From NCBI GenBank assembly GCA_964035545.1, contig OZ037767.1:18630259-18694258 (forward strand): a stretch of 64,000 bases of DNA, read 5' to 3'. Made by a program: the position numbers and the translations under genes. The stretch is from Bugula neritina (taxonomy: Eukaryota > Animalia > Bryozoa). Every line of letters begins with the position of its first letter. The stretch's first letter is position 1. A model generated the notes under the pieces. The model searched no databases. It was not told the DNA's origin and was given only the letters and a program-made list of their open reading frames with translations. Below, piece after piece: positions 39,805-56,256 of the stretch.

Positions 39805-40724
39805 AGTGATAGTTGGATCAATGATGGAGTGAGACCCAAACGCGATCACTAACTGACACAATGGCAGAAGGACTTTGTTGACATACCTATTAACTATACT
39901 ACTACTACTACTACTACTAGTCCAAGCGCGGTTTTTGCAATACAAATAAAAAGAAACTGCGCAGGAATTTCTAAAATGCAATACATGAAAAAGTTTAGGA
40001 AAATCTGACAGTTGCTGCGCTGTGTTGCGCAGAACTGTAAGTGTATATCTTCAAATATTTGCTTACAAAATTAATAAAGAATTATTGATGAAAAAAACAT
40101 TCTGACAGAAATTCTTACAATAGTAGTATTTTTTTAAACTCTGTTTGTTCTACATTTTTCAAAAACTAGTTTGTTTTAAGTCAGGATAAAACTCTTTAAC
40201 CATCCAAAAGTTCTCAAAAATTATATTCAGACAGCTAGTAGCTAGTTTGCAGATATATACAGTAGTTATCTATAGAACAATAAATGGTATATGCAGCCAT
40301 ACCTCAGGCTATCTACTACACAGACCTGTCACTACAAATGAATCATCTGTTTAGAATCAAGATTATGTTCAGTTTGCAGTTCAGAGTCTTGTATTATTAT
40401 ACCAATCGCTGAATTTACCATCTATTTGGTTAAATGAGCCTTTTTCTTGTTTGTTTTTGAATCAAAGAACATTAAAAAGGGTAATAATTTATCAATTTTC
40501 TTTAGTGTAAATATTTCAAATGTAAATAAATAAAACATGTTTTATTTCTTTACATTTGAAATATTGTAAGTAAATTTGATTAAGTCAGCGTCTCACATCA
40601 TCAAAAGACATTCTGTTCAATCATAATTATGTTATAAGCTCAAAATTGATTGAGGTGTGAGGGCAACTCCTAAATATGCATACACAATAATGATTACGGT
40701 AGAATGCATTATAACTCTACAAGT

Positions 40725-40933
40725 AGGAGCAGCAATGGCCTAGCGGTTAGAGCATTCGCTTAGTAAACATGATGTAGTGAGTTCGAACCGACGATGGCCA
40801 TTGGTGATCTTAAGAAGAGCATCCAGTCATAATTTCTCCTGTACCCCATCTGAGTAAGTCCTTTACGCCCGATTCAACAAAAAAATTCCATTAAGGGTTC
40901 TCGCAGGGGTAGCGACTATAATTTGGCGTGCGT
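40725..40933 (+). mobile_element. SINE family 1
   Basis: GGAGCAGCAATGGCCTAGCGGTTAGAGC...GTTCGAACC head plus the shared body. Confidence 0.8.
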
Positions 40934-41331
40934 TTATATAACCCATACAAGTATTATGTGGTGGAAAAAAGTATATTAATGACAACAGCTACACTCATAA
41001 TTTTTTATTTTTGAATATATTTCACTGTGAGTCATAGCAGAAAAGACTGTTAAATATAACTTATAGAATATACTTAAAGCATTATTACTCTGTTATAAGA
41101 GCTACATTACAGAAGGTAAGACAACCTCTAAAATTAATTGAAACTTTATATGTTTTATGTTATAATTCAACTTAGAGAAGTAAAATTTTGACTATAAAAC
41201 GAGTTTTCAATTTTTAAGCTAATTAAAGATGTCTAATTGAAAATAACACTTGGTTTGTTATATGTTTCGTTTGACTAAGGCATTGTGGTTAAATCATGAA
41301 GCTCGTATTTTGAAGCTATTTATGATTGCAT

Positions 41332-42670
41332 GTAGGGGTGACGGGGGGGGGGGGGGCACAACGGTCATAGGGGTACAAAAAGCCGGCCAAATTGTGAGAG
41401 AACTTATTGACTTAGAGTTGTGATTTTTTTTCATAAAAGGATATTGACATAATTATTCAGTCTTTGTAGTTTCAACACTTGCGGAACATAAATGTTGAAA
41501 AGGCGAGTAAAAAACTCTTTTTACCTACTTGTTGTAAATTTTCTAGGATGTCGTTAAAGCTTTATAACTTTTTACACCCAAAGGCAAAAAGCCTATATTT
41601 TACCTATATTGTTGCCATTGCTTGTCTCTACATTGCTTAACCAGTATAACAGCAAACACTGAAATAAATTTTCCTTGAGGCACATTTATTTTCAATTTCG
41701 CCACATGGGGCACAATAGGCCAGGCTGACTGGGGCACAATGGGCCACCTGATTATTGCACCCTGATCACTGTTTTAGTTTGTTTGCCAAAAAAGATGGTG
41801 GAAATGTTACTAAAATCTATAGATATAGCCATTTCTGACCTTTTTGTAAAATATCAAAGACGTCATGGTAAGACTACAAAACTACAAGTTGAAGCTCCCC
41901 TAATATATACATCTGGTGAGGTTAAAGCTTTGCCATTCTATACATAATACAAAACACTCTGCTGTTGCTACTAGTAGATAGTCATGATATTCATTATATA
42001 TAATATCATTGAGAGAATATACATGTATTTGGCTAAAATAAATTGTGATTTGCTCATTTGCTCCCCCCTCTCCATTCCGTACTCCAGTCACAAACCTCAG
42101 CCATGCATGCACCTTAGCTACAGTTCATAGAAAAAATTCCACTCAGAATTTTGTAGTACATGTTACTAAAGTTTGTTTTTAATAAACGTTCCTCTGAGGT
42201 GAAAATAACAGAACATATTTAGTTCTAAACAGTAATGATAATGGCACTGCAGAACGAGTGACGTGCGTTTGATTTTGCCTTCCTCTGCTATCCGTGGTGG
42301 CACAAACTGTACAGCTAAACCATGAATTTTGCTGTAGATCTGAAAGAGTATCTTTATTTATTTGTAATATTAAATAAATAAAGATCATATGTAACAAAAT
42401 ACGCAAAATTTCAATTTATTTGTTGTGTCCTTTCCAGTGGCTCATTGTACCCCAGTACCGGGGCACAATGGGCCAATTTTTTCATCATGAAAATTTCATT
42501 ATTCTAAAAGTTGTGAGAAAGATAGAAACAACAAACTGATACCTGTAAAAGACAACAGATGCAGCATTTAGACTATGAGATTATTGAACTAGTAACTTGA
42601 AAAACAGACGAATGAGAGCAACAAATGCGAAATTCGGCCCGTTGTGCCCTCCCCCTCCCGTTACCCCTAC
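41332..42670. mobile_element. Non-autonomous TIR element (GTAGGGG...CCCCTAC)
   Basis: ~35-bp imperfect TIRs containing GGGCACAACGG; internal GGGGCACAATGGGCCA motifs at ~41707-41746 and ~42438-42476; TSD unclear. Confidence 0.78.
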
Positions 42671-44346
42671 TATATAACACAATATTTTGCAATTCAGTAA
42701 AATAGTTTTTAAGCAAATTTAGTTTTACTTATTTCTATAATGTTTAGATGACTCCCTTATTTGCACTTTTTGATATTATATAATACTGTAATTTCTATAA
42801 TGAAGGGCAAGAACATAGTCACCAACAGTTACAAATATCATAATAATATAACACTGCTATCTACACTCAGTGATTTATGCTTCCAACAAATAAATTATTT
42901 TATTTAGAAGAAACTTGAAACTTACTGCATGCTGTGCATGGTAAATAAACTATAGTATATATATAGTAAAATATTCAGATAGATATTATTTCATTATAAT
43001 AGATATTCTTAGAGTTATGACCACATGTCTATGAGAAAAAATAAATCTCGGTGACTTGATTGAATACAGTTTTATATTTAAAAGGCAGCTAGGCAACATG
43101 CATGTGCTCAATCATTATACTCGCATTAAATTAAATTGTCCTAATATTGATATAGTTTCAACACTGAGCTGTGCAAATACATTATGTTGTTTTTACTATA
43201 TTATGCAATTACCCTCATGTTTTATGAACTACATATGCAACAGCTTAACCACTAAAGCCACATCCTCTCTGTCATATGCTGCAACATCACCATAATATCA
43301 AGCTGATTATTATATGCCTGTATTACAACTATGAGGGTAATTTGTAGCTTAGATAAATCACCAGATCCTGCATTTTATGATAACTCACATGCTGGTACCT
43401 GTTGTGTGCCAGCAGCTATCTGCTTTCTTGCATATAACAAGCATCACATGATGGTTTCCTTTTCATCCTTAGTCAGACACGAGTAAGATAATATCCGGTG
43501 TTTTGAAAAGTGAAGTGTTATTTCACGTAATAAGGCACGGCACGGGTGAAATGGAACAGCGCTATTTTTTATGTGTAACTATGTGATATATGTTAAAGAA
43601 ATCTTATGTAATAATTTTTCTATATATTTTCTCAATCGAGCCTAATTTATATATAAATACTCTGCTAAAATTTTTCATGTACCCTCGTAAACTATATAAT
43701 AATATATATTCGTTTCCACTTTCTTCAATTTTTTTACATAAACACATTTTTTATTTTTCACTGCTTGGCATTTAATTTTGTACATTGCCATTTGGGTAAA
43801 TGTTTTAAGTGATGATTTTATGAACAGAGATATCTGCAGAGAGGGATATGAGCTCATCTTCATAGAATCATCTTATAATACGCTAATTATAGATGCATTA
43901 AATCTTGCATAAAATACAGTTTTACATCTGCTTCATATTAACAGTATACATTATTAATTGAAAGCTCTTTTTCATTCATCAGCTACATATTTTGCATTCT
44001 CAAACCATACAATAATTGAAGCTGGCTTTCTGTTGAAACAACATTTAGAAACATTACTAAATTAAGTGTTGAAACAATCGAAATTCAACAAACCACATTA
44101 TAAGGCTATAATATATATATACAGCAGTGGCAATTTTTAACAGCATACATAAAGTAAAACAATTGTTAAAAAAATTCTGAATGATGGGCATACAAAACTT
44201 ATTTAGATCTATAAAATGTTTTGAACTTTAGCAAATATGTTGCTCACTGGTAAATGTTAGTATAACGCAACATATCTTACTAAAGGTTTGCTGTTCTCTA
44301 TTAAACTAGTAATGAGATTGCATGCTAGAAATTTTCTGTTTGCTTG

Positions 44347-46631
<2,285 letters not shown>

Positions 46632-48295
46632 GCTGCATAACTCTTCAAAGGATACGTAGATTCCAATTCTTAAGTAGCTTATGAGACAACTAGTAAAATC
46701 TTTAAAAAAGTAAGCAAAACTTTGAGTTTATAGACAAATTTGGGAAAAGCTACATAACACTTTAATTGTATTCTATTAGTTATAGTGTTAGATCAACTAT
46801 AGTGTTATAGAATCTATAGTCTATATGAATTAGTCAAAGGGCTAACATAGCCAAGTGTTACAATGTGCCAGCATGGTAGAACTACTAGGGTGTCTCTTGG
46901 ACCTTTGAAGAATACCCTGGAAAACTTCGAATCTTATGTTGCAATGATAATGAAAAGGAAGACAATTCTCAAAGTGAGTGTTGAAGATAATTGAGTAGTG
47001 TTTTTGTTATTATATTTTTTGCATATGCAGACTCTGTTTGACAATTTTTTTTTAAATTTTGCTGTAACTTATTTTGTAGCAGCTATTATATGTATCATTA
47101 TTATCATTATAGTCTATTTTAACATTAAGTATAATTATGAAAAAACTTAATATGAAATAAATAATTCAAGATGAAATCTGATATGCAATATAATTATATA
47201 TACAATTATCAGATCTGTTTATAATATATTATGTTACATGCAGTAACATAATTATTTTTAACATGCATTTCTATAATGCTTATAATAGTAAGTAATATTT
47301 ATTATTGTTGTAGCCTATAAATCATGCTACAACAGCATTTGTTTTCTGATTTTTATAACTGAAACAGCTGCATATTAATATTATGTAATTGTTGCCACTT
47401 CTCTATTATAACAGCTGATTGTAAGGTTGGTTTGTGTAGAGAAATAATGTTTAAATATATTCAATAATCTCGTGATGGGCTGATGTGTCAGGGTGGAGAT
47501 TAAGCTGGTTGAATGACGCTCCACTTTCTTTCATCCTTTAAAATGTTGGAGATAGTCATCAAATGTGTCAAAAGATCGGAAATACTGGTAGCTTGCCATC
47601 ATAATATGCTTGAGATCGTTTTCGCTATAATGCTGCATTTTATGTTTTTTTCAAATTAGTATAACTTTGAATTCTTGTCAACTAGGAACTAAAATTTCAA
47701 TTTAGTTGTTAATCTTTCAAACTTTGTAGAATTTTAATTGAAGCTGATCTATAATGTGAGAATAATGTTACAAGTACAGTTTGATGAGAAGATTTTACAT
47801 GTATTCTAAATATCCACGACTTTGCTACTTTAAATTTGTTACTTGTAATAGTTGCTGAACGGTGATACAGCTATATGGCCTACAATTATACAGTTATTGA
47901 AATAAATCAGGTGACTTAGGCAACGTTAAAGATTCTGCAAAATTATTGCTTAGTCACTTAATACTCAGGTTTTTTATTTCAATTTATCAACATAAAAACT
48001 GATTAGGTATTGTATATGAAGATTTTCAAACCTACAAAAAGGATTGTGTAATAAATTATTTATAAGTCGGAAGTTTGTTCTGCTTAACTACTTTAGTGCT
48101 GGTTGTCACATGGCTATGTATCTACGTGACTCATAGATATCAAACAGAACCCCTCATAGCATATTAGGCCAGCATAAATTCAATGTATAATCAACTAATA
48201 CATGAGTTATAGACCATGTTTATTACACTTTCTCAAACAACTACTTCAACAATTACAAGATGTATATAAAAGTAGCCCTATAACGTTACAAAACT

Positions 48296-48491
48296 GCAGC
48301 CGTGGTCTAGGGGTTAGAGCGCTTGCCTAGTTAGTACAAAGTTATGGGTTCGAACCAGACAAAGGTCACTGGTGGTGTTAGAAAGATAATTGCTCCTGTG
48401 CCCCATCTGAATAAGTCCTTAAGCCTATTTAACACAAACCCTTTTCATCAGGGGTTTCTCACAGGGATGACGACTATAAACTTGAGTGAGC
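48296..48491 (+). mobile_element. SINE family 1
   Basis: GCAGCCGTGGTCTAGGGTTAGAGC...GGGTTCGAACC head, shared body and GACTATAAACTTGAGTGAG end. Confidence 0.85.
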
Positions 48492-50159
48492 TTTTTGCAT
48501 TACAAAACTGCTCAAAAGTTCCTACATTAGTAATCATTGTGACTAGCTATTGTTAGCATACTATAGTGATTATATGTCTATGTTTATCATACTAAACTCT
48601 TACTAAACTCTTTGTTGCAAAAGTCAAAAAGTCTTGACTGGTTTAAAATTATTTTTGTATTATTAGTTCTATAAAAGAAGTGGTTACTATAAGCCACTTG
48701 AGTTACTAGTAGTAAACATGTGTATAAATGTTGACTTACATCTATTTAATTTCAATATATCATAATTTCTTATATTTTATATTTTATGGTTGAAACAGTC
48801 GCTTCTGCTGACATATATATGTATTGAACTGTAGCGTTGAAATAACCCATGGTAGTCTGGTGGTTTAATGGTTAGCTTGCCTGTTCGCAATATGTATAGG
48901 TCTTAAGTTTGAATCTCAGTAGAGAAAGTTATTTTATATAAAAGCTTCAACAATTTAGGTACATATAACAATAGTTAATATTTTTTCAATGTACGCTAAA
49001 TGCAGTTTAGCTTGCAGTAATTTTTAAATATTTCTATTTGCATGCTATGCATGTACATCTTCATCTGTGTTTATCAAGATGTGAAAAGACTGATCCTAAT
49101 TGAATATGCAATTTCACAGAATGCATAATCTGCTGGTTAGAAGTGAATTGTAAAGGAATGTCACTTGAAACTTGAGCAGATCTTTTAAAAGACAAACTTT
49201 TGATCGTAGGAAATTCTATACCAGCATAAAAACGTATTTCAATGGGCTAATGAACAAGTTTATATATACTTGACAAGGAGATATACTTGAGGCAACTTTT
49301 ATGTTTTAAAATCAAGCCACAAGTGACTTTCTTTATTAAAACGTTTATAAAATGTATGAAAATGTATATTTTGTTATAACTAAAAACTGGAGTAATAATA
49401 TTCCCTATATATAAATCTATTTAATTTTCAAAGAATTATATTTCTTTAAAAATACTACAACTTGACAAGTTTAGTACTGGCAAAACTTTAGTAATCAACA
49501 AAGATTAAAAAGTTTTAAAATATATGTTTTAAACAGCTTGACTTAGACCCACCTTTCAGATCCACACAAAAATTGGCATTAAATGATTTTCATAGACTGA
49601 TTGTCATTTAAAACTTAATTAGCTTTTAAGTTCCATAGCCTCAAGCCAACATTTCTGCTTTTAAAAGTATTGGAAAATTAGCATTTAATTACAAGAAGGA
49701 AATTGTATTTTGTACAATGCCATGTAAGGCTACTTTCTTGTAATAAAATGTTAGAGTAGTAGATAATATCATTATGAACCTTTTCAGAAACATTTATATA
49801 TCAAAATAAGCGTAGTAATAATTAGTTGTATGTCATTTTAAGAACTCTAAATGTGTTTTTAAAATAATAAGATGGGCAGCCTCTTGTAGCCCATTTAAGA
49901 AAACAATATAGCTCTCACAAATATTGTTATATAGTATGAAAACACAAGTTCTGAAATATTCAGCAATGTGGAAACATGAGTACTCTGGCTACTCCATCTC
50001 TTCATATCTTTGATTTCTCTATAGCTTCTTGATCTTTATACACTTTTGATCTTGTTGCTTCCTTGCAAGTTACAAAACATGTGTTATAGCTGTTGGCGCA
50101 TGGGGCTTGTGACTGTGAGTAGCAGCACATCATGGGAAGAAAGAGGCGGAGCATGTGGC

Positions 50160-50167
50160 TATATAAT
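50160..50167 (+). promoter_or_regulatory. Candidate TATA box of B2
   Basis: TATATAAT about 70 bp upstream of ATG 50233; a similar TATATAAG lies about 65 bp upstream of B4 and B6. Confidence 0.5.
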
Positions 50168-50232
50168 AGACCAACGTAACAGCACAAAGTCAGTAACTTC
50201 GCAAACAGATGTGACAGAGATACAGCAGAAAC

Positions 50233-52456
50233 ATGAAGATCCAACTGACACTTCTCACTTTACTAGTTGGTAGGTAGATTGTATAGATTGTGTATCTTTG
50301 TAAAGCACTAGGTGCATTGCTCCAGATAAACTCCAACACTGTAATAAAAATTTAAAAAATAATATGAGCTGATATACGTGTAGACTTTGTATAGCAAAGT
50401 TTAGAGGACTTCATAATGAGCAGCATAGTCTATTAAGCTTATATTTTAGAAATGTTGTTGAACATTGGTTGTTAAGAGAAATTAATGTTCTTCAAAATGT
50501 TTTCCTAATTGATATACTTGTAACAATTGTATAAAGAGATATTCTTTTGGTAAAGATGTATAGAATGTTGGCTACAATAAACTATTACATACGTATATCA
50601 ACTCAAGTATATACCTATATGTTTATGTTACAGCATCTGTTGCACTGACATATGCCATCAAGTGCTATGAGTGCACCGACTGCGATCCTGTCCCCAGTGA
50701 TGATAATCTGGTAGAATGTGATAAAATTCATAGCAGCTGCTTTGTTACTGAAGGTAACTTTTATCAGTTTTCTTGCTTTTGTTGCATAGCTTAACTAGAG
50801 AAAATATTTGAATCAAATTTTTTAAATCTTTCTGACAAATATGACTTTTTTGCAATTTATTATCTTGTAAACATGCTTATATAGTCCAACATAGTTGAAA
50901 AAATACAGCAGCTCTAATTACTCGCTAAAAATATTATACTTTTGCAGCAACTAAAAACCTGCAGTTAAAAAAATAAATCTTATAAGTAGCATGGTTTATG
51001 ATATTATGTACAATGACTTAATTGAAGCTTACTGTGAATTACATTTCTAATATAACGATATTATCAAACGCATTATAATATAACGTAAACATAATATATA
51101 AGATGTGTAGAAAATGTAGTGTATGAATTATACTGCACCATGATATAATATAGAATACTTCCTTATAATATATGCAGTATACAGTTACAATGTATGTATA
51201 ATTATATAAAACAGTATAGTGTAAAATAAGGTACATGTATATATTCTAATGAATTATAACATATAGTATAATACAACCTGACATATCGGGCTCATAATTC
51301 TCTTTTAGTGACGCATGATGACAACTCAACTACGTACAATAGAGGCTGCAGCTACTCGGGTGCCATCTGGTCAGGTGGAAAATGTGACCCAGAAGTAAAA
51401 TTACCTTTCATCTCAAAACGGAGTTCAAATCTTGATGATACAAGTGCGCTTAGTGAACTTGGAAATTTCAATTTGAGTAGCTTGGGTGAACTGGGAAATT
51501 TCAATTTGAGTAGCTTGGGTGAACTGGGAAATGTTAATTTGAGTAGCTTGGGTGGACTTATTGGTGGACTTGGAAATTTCAACTTGAGTAGCTTGGGTGG
51601 ACTTATTGGTGGACTTGGTAATTTTAATTTGAGTAGCTTGGATGGACTGAGTGGACTTGGAAATTTCAACTTGAGTAGTACAGGTGGACTTGGCGGACTT
51701 GGTAGTTTTAATTTGAGTAGCTTGGGTGGAAATCCTATCAGTAAGCGTAGCTTAAACTTTGGAAATTTCAATTTGAGTAGTTTGGGTGGACTTGGTGGAC
51801 TTGGAAATTTCAACTTGAGTAGTACAGGTGGACTTGGTGGACTTGGAAATTTCAACTTGAGTAGTACAGGTGGACTTGGTGGACTTGGTAGTTTTAATTT
51901 GAGTAGCTTGGGTGGAAATCCTATCGGTAAGCGTAGCCTAAACTTTGGAAATTTCAATTTGAGTAGTTTGGGTGGACTGATTGGCGGACTTGGTGAATTT
52001 GGGAATTTCAACTTGAGTAGTACAGGTGGACTTGGTGGACTTGGAAATTTCAACTTGAGTAGTACAGGTGGACTTGGTGGACTTGGTAGTTTCAATTTGA
52101 GTAGTTTGGGTGGACTTGGTGGACTTGGAAATTTCAACTTGAGTAGTACAGGTGGACTTGGTAATTTTAATTTGAGTAGCTTGGGTGGACTTGGTGGACT
52201 TGGAAATTTTAATTTGAGTGGACTTATTGGCGGACTTGGTGATTTTGGAAATTTCAACTTGAGTAGTACAGGTGGACTTGGTGGACTTGGGAATTTCAAC
52301 ATGAGCAGTATGGGTGCACTTGGTGAACTGGGAAATTTTGATTTGGGTAGCATGGGTGGAATTCTTATGAGTAAGCGTGATGTAAGCGTTGGTAGTTCAC
52401 AAAAGAATTGCTACTGCAAAGAAGATGGGTGTAATGGAAACAACATTGAAGAATAG
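50233..52456 (+). CDS. B2: secreted three-finger proprotein (434 aa) with a KR-flanked Gly/Leu/Asn/Ser repeat insertion in loop III
   Basis: Exons 50233-50269 (MKIQLTLLTLLV), 50634-50753 (ASVALTYA-IKCYECTDC..VEC..SSCFVTE) and 51309-52456 (..YNRGC..GKCDPEVKLPFISKR-[repeat]-SKR-DVSVGSSQKNCYCKEDGCNGNNIEE*). Same exon phases as the paralogues; all 10 Cys retained. Confidence 0.9.
51440..52360 (+). repeat. Coding minisatellite (33-45-bp units encoding GxLGNFNLSS[L/T])
   Basis: About 20 units; all length changes preserve the frame and substitutions are often synonymous. Confidence 0.95.
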
Positions 52457-53107
52457 TAAAAGCTCTTTGACTTTATGCACAACTTATGTCAAATATTGTC
52501 ATTTTCTTTACAGACATTGTTTACAGAGTTACAGTAAAGTATATGCATTGCTTTGATGATTGATCAAGTTAAAGTGACACGCTAATGTTCAAAAACTATT
52601 TTTAAAAATAATATTTAATTGTAGATGTTTTCAAATAGGAATTTCAAAATCCGAGCTTTACACTTAAAATTGTTGAAGTTTTATTACTGTTTTAGCTTTT
52701 TAAAATAATACATAACTTGCTTTATTTATTACTGTTTTATCTGTTTGCTAATAATTATGGTGGTCATAATCGTAATAAAGTCTAATGAATAATGATTTCC
52801 TACTTTGTTTTTCATTTTCAATTCTTAGCAAAGAAACTGTTGTATTCCGCATGGATATGTAACATCGTAAAGTGTTACACAGCATTTATGCATCACATCT
52901 GGTCAATATATAACAGCTCATCAAATCTAGTTCAATATATTCAATGAGTTATAATAGTTCTCCTAAAACATAATTACTTTGATGATGTGTAATTCAATAT
53001 GGTTCTGATAACATATAATTCAGGAGCAGCTACAATTGTACAGAATTACAAGCATTACAGTTTACACAACTTTAGCTGAAAATTCTGAGTATAATATAAA
53101 ACTGAAA

Positions 53108-53630
<523 letters not shown>

Positions 53631-54544
53631 GTAATCATGTAATATTATTTGAGTTGTTGAGCAGCTGGTGTTTGCTAAAGCAACCATAAGCCATATAACT
53701 ATAGAATCTTCATATTTTTGGAAAATTTGAATGTTGTGTTATATTTCTTGATAATTAAGAAATATTACTATTATAAATTATATACCTCACAACCAACAGG
53801 GCATAAGAGTTCTCCACTCACTGCAGACAATTGTAGCTGACATAAAATACTTATACCTTTTGTTTCTATTGTATATATATCCATGGCAAATACCAACAAT
53901 TTATGGTAATATTATCATATGAGATGCTGAAATGAGTGCACCTACAACGACTACAAATATCTTAATAATGTAACACAACTATTGACGGATTATGATGTAT
54001 ATTGGCAGATTTAAAACTCTCATACAACATAAGAATATTTATGAAAAGAAGATAACAATATCTTCATTTTTTAGTTAAACTTCAATATTACATTGCAAGT
54101 AATAAGAAGTGCTTTATATAGCTTATATTTAGCATCTACTAAAACTTGTCTGTTATTTAAGCTAGCTTCAATCATTTAAAATCTAATACACAGTGTTCAA
54201 TAACTTTATATGTTTTATATACTTAAAATTTGTTAAGCAATATGTTAAAGTCTAGAGAAAATGATACGGATGCGTCATAACCCCTTTCTGCCTGTACCCC
54301 TTAATTTTATTCTTCGCAGAGTGCAATCAGATATTTTTTGGTTTTTTATAAGTATAAATTATTTTATTTGTAAAATTTTATCTAATTCTTAAAAAAATGA
54401 CGCCACTTTGTGCATCTCATATAGTTGAGTTATTCTTCTTACTAACTAACGATTCTAAAAAGTAGATCTGATTAGAACTTTGACTAGCAACAAAATGAAA
54501 ATATAACTTAAATTAAGTTAGTCATAATACTTATATTTTTATGA

Positions 54545-54574
54545 ACACACACAAACACACGCGCACACACACGC

Positions 54575-54606
<32 letters not shown>

Positions 54607-54645
54607 CCACACCCACACCCACACCCACACCCACACCCACACCCA

Positions 54646-54731
<86 letters not shown>
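54545..54731. repeat. Compound (AC)n/(ACACCC)n microsatellite
   Basis: Directly visible. Confidence 0.95.
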
Positions 54732-54734
<3 letters not shown>

Positions 54735-54963
54735 GTATTACTTGTAATTTACAAAGTTAGTAACATGCATTTGAATCAAAAGTAATCAGAAGATAATTCA
54801 ACTTTCATTGAAATCCCAAAACTATAATTATGTGAAAAGACTCAGCAAATATAAAAATCTTTGTAGTACGAGAAAATAACTCATCCAATGCAATAAAATA
54901 AAAAAAGACAAAAAACATGTACTTCATTTTTGTGTTTTGGAAGTTTTATTTTATATGAAGAAT

Positions 54964-55834
54964 TTAATCCTGAATGTCTTTGAATTTTATTATGTCATTG
55001 CATCCATCTTCAGCACAGTGACAGCCGAAACGATCGACTCCATCATTAATAAATGGCATCTTCACTTTCTCGCAGTCATCACCTTCTATAGATGCAGGCA
55101 GCAGACTGCAACCTCTTAGATACTTTTTCTCTTCACCTCTTTTCTCTTGGAGTAAATCACATGACATTAAGTGAAAGATTATGATATGCTGTGTTACTAT
55201 AATATTAAACTATAATAAGTGTTTCTGGTATGTAAAAAGATCTTTCTAGGTAAAAGCTTAACTGCTTGTCTTTCAATCATTTAATTGACTATAAGTATAT
55301 TATAATGAAAAATTCCTTTTCAAGGTATAAGCAATACATTAAAAGTTGTATAAGTTTTAAATAGTAGGTTATGCATAATAAATTGTTCACTATAGATAAT
55401 ATATAACTGTGAAGAACTATGCAAATGTTAACAGAATTCACTTACACTATATTACAATATGAGAATGTCACCTGATAAAACTACTGTGATTATTCAAAAT
55501 GATGCATTGTGATCAAACAACTTTTTGAGGAAAATGATGACTAAATTACCTTCAGTGACGTAGCAGGCAGTAAACATCTCTCCACAATCTGACAGAGTCT
55601 CTTTATCTGGAACTTCACTGCATTCTGTACACTGGTAGCAGGTGATGGCATTCGCTGCAGCAAACACAGCTGAAACAAAATAAAACTATATTCAAATAGT
55701 TTAGCTTCGCTTATTATAAAGGTTATTTGCTATAAGCAAAGAGGAAAAAAAATTTATTCATTCAACAAATAAAATTGAATATAATGTACAGAAAACATAC
55801 CAATTAGAACACAAATCACAAACAAGCTCTTCAT
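54964..55834 (-). CDS. B3: secreted three-finger protein
   Basis: Exons 55834-55801 (MKSLFVICVLI), 55669-55550 (AVFAAANA-ITCYQCTEC..SDC..TACYVTE) and 55145-54964 (..YLRGC..DDCEKVKMPFINDGVDRFGCHCAEDGCNDIIKFKDIQD*). Confidence 0.9.
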
Positions 55835-56173
55835 GGTCCTTCCTAAGAATCCCACATCTCAATGCCTCAAACTCTACATATCTTAGCTTTGCCTATAACA
55901 TCAAATAAACTAATCTCAGCCAACCAATTAGATCATTACTTTTTAGGATTAGGCTGGTACTGAACCATAAAACTCATTTCTTTTCAAGACATTTAGTTGG
56001 CATCTATCTTTTCTTTTATGTGCAATGCAGTATAACCAGCATAATTATTAAACGTAATCCAATGCCTCTAGAGTTAGAGTAATGGAATATTGTCATGTGA
56101 CTGCTATAGCATGTCAGCTCACATAACACTTTTCATACTTTTTTATCTGCCAAGCTGTTGCCTCAGACATTGA

Positions 56174-56256
56174 AAATTTAGATATACATGTATCTACTTA
56201 AATTTAGATATACGTGTATCTACTTAAATTTAGATATACGTGTATCTACTTAAATT
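56174..56256. repeat. 26-bp tandem repeat x3 with a near-palindromic core (AGATATACGTGTATCT)
   Basis: Directly visible, ~340 bp upstream of the B3 ATG. Confidence 0.85.

Noticed and set aside
43385-43500. Cys-containing minus-strand fragments that might be another three-finger remnant
   Set aside because: Stops in all frames and no convincing Cys pattern.
50002-50244. Cys-containing minus-strand 80-aa ORF
   Set aside because: Overlaps the B2 promoter and exon 1 on the opposite strand; the Cys spacing fits neither family.
51352-52353. 333-aa antisense ORF (PSPPKLLKLKF repeats)
   Set aside because: Shadow of the B2 coding repeat: non-ATG start and no splice context, whereas the plus frame joins a signal peptide and conserved cysteines.
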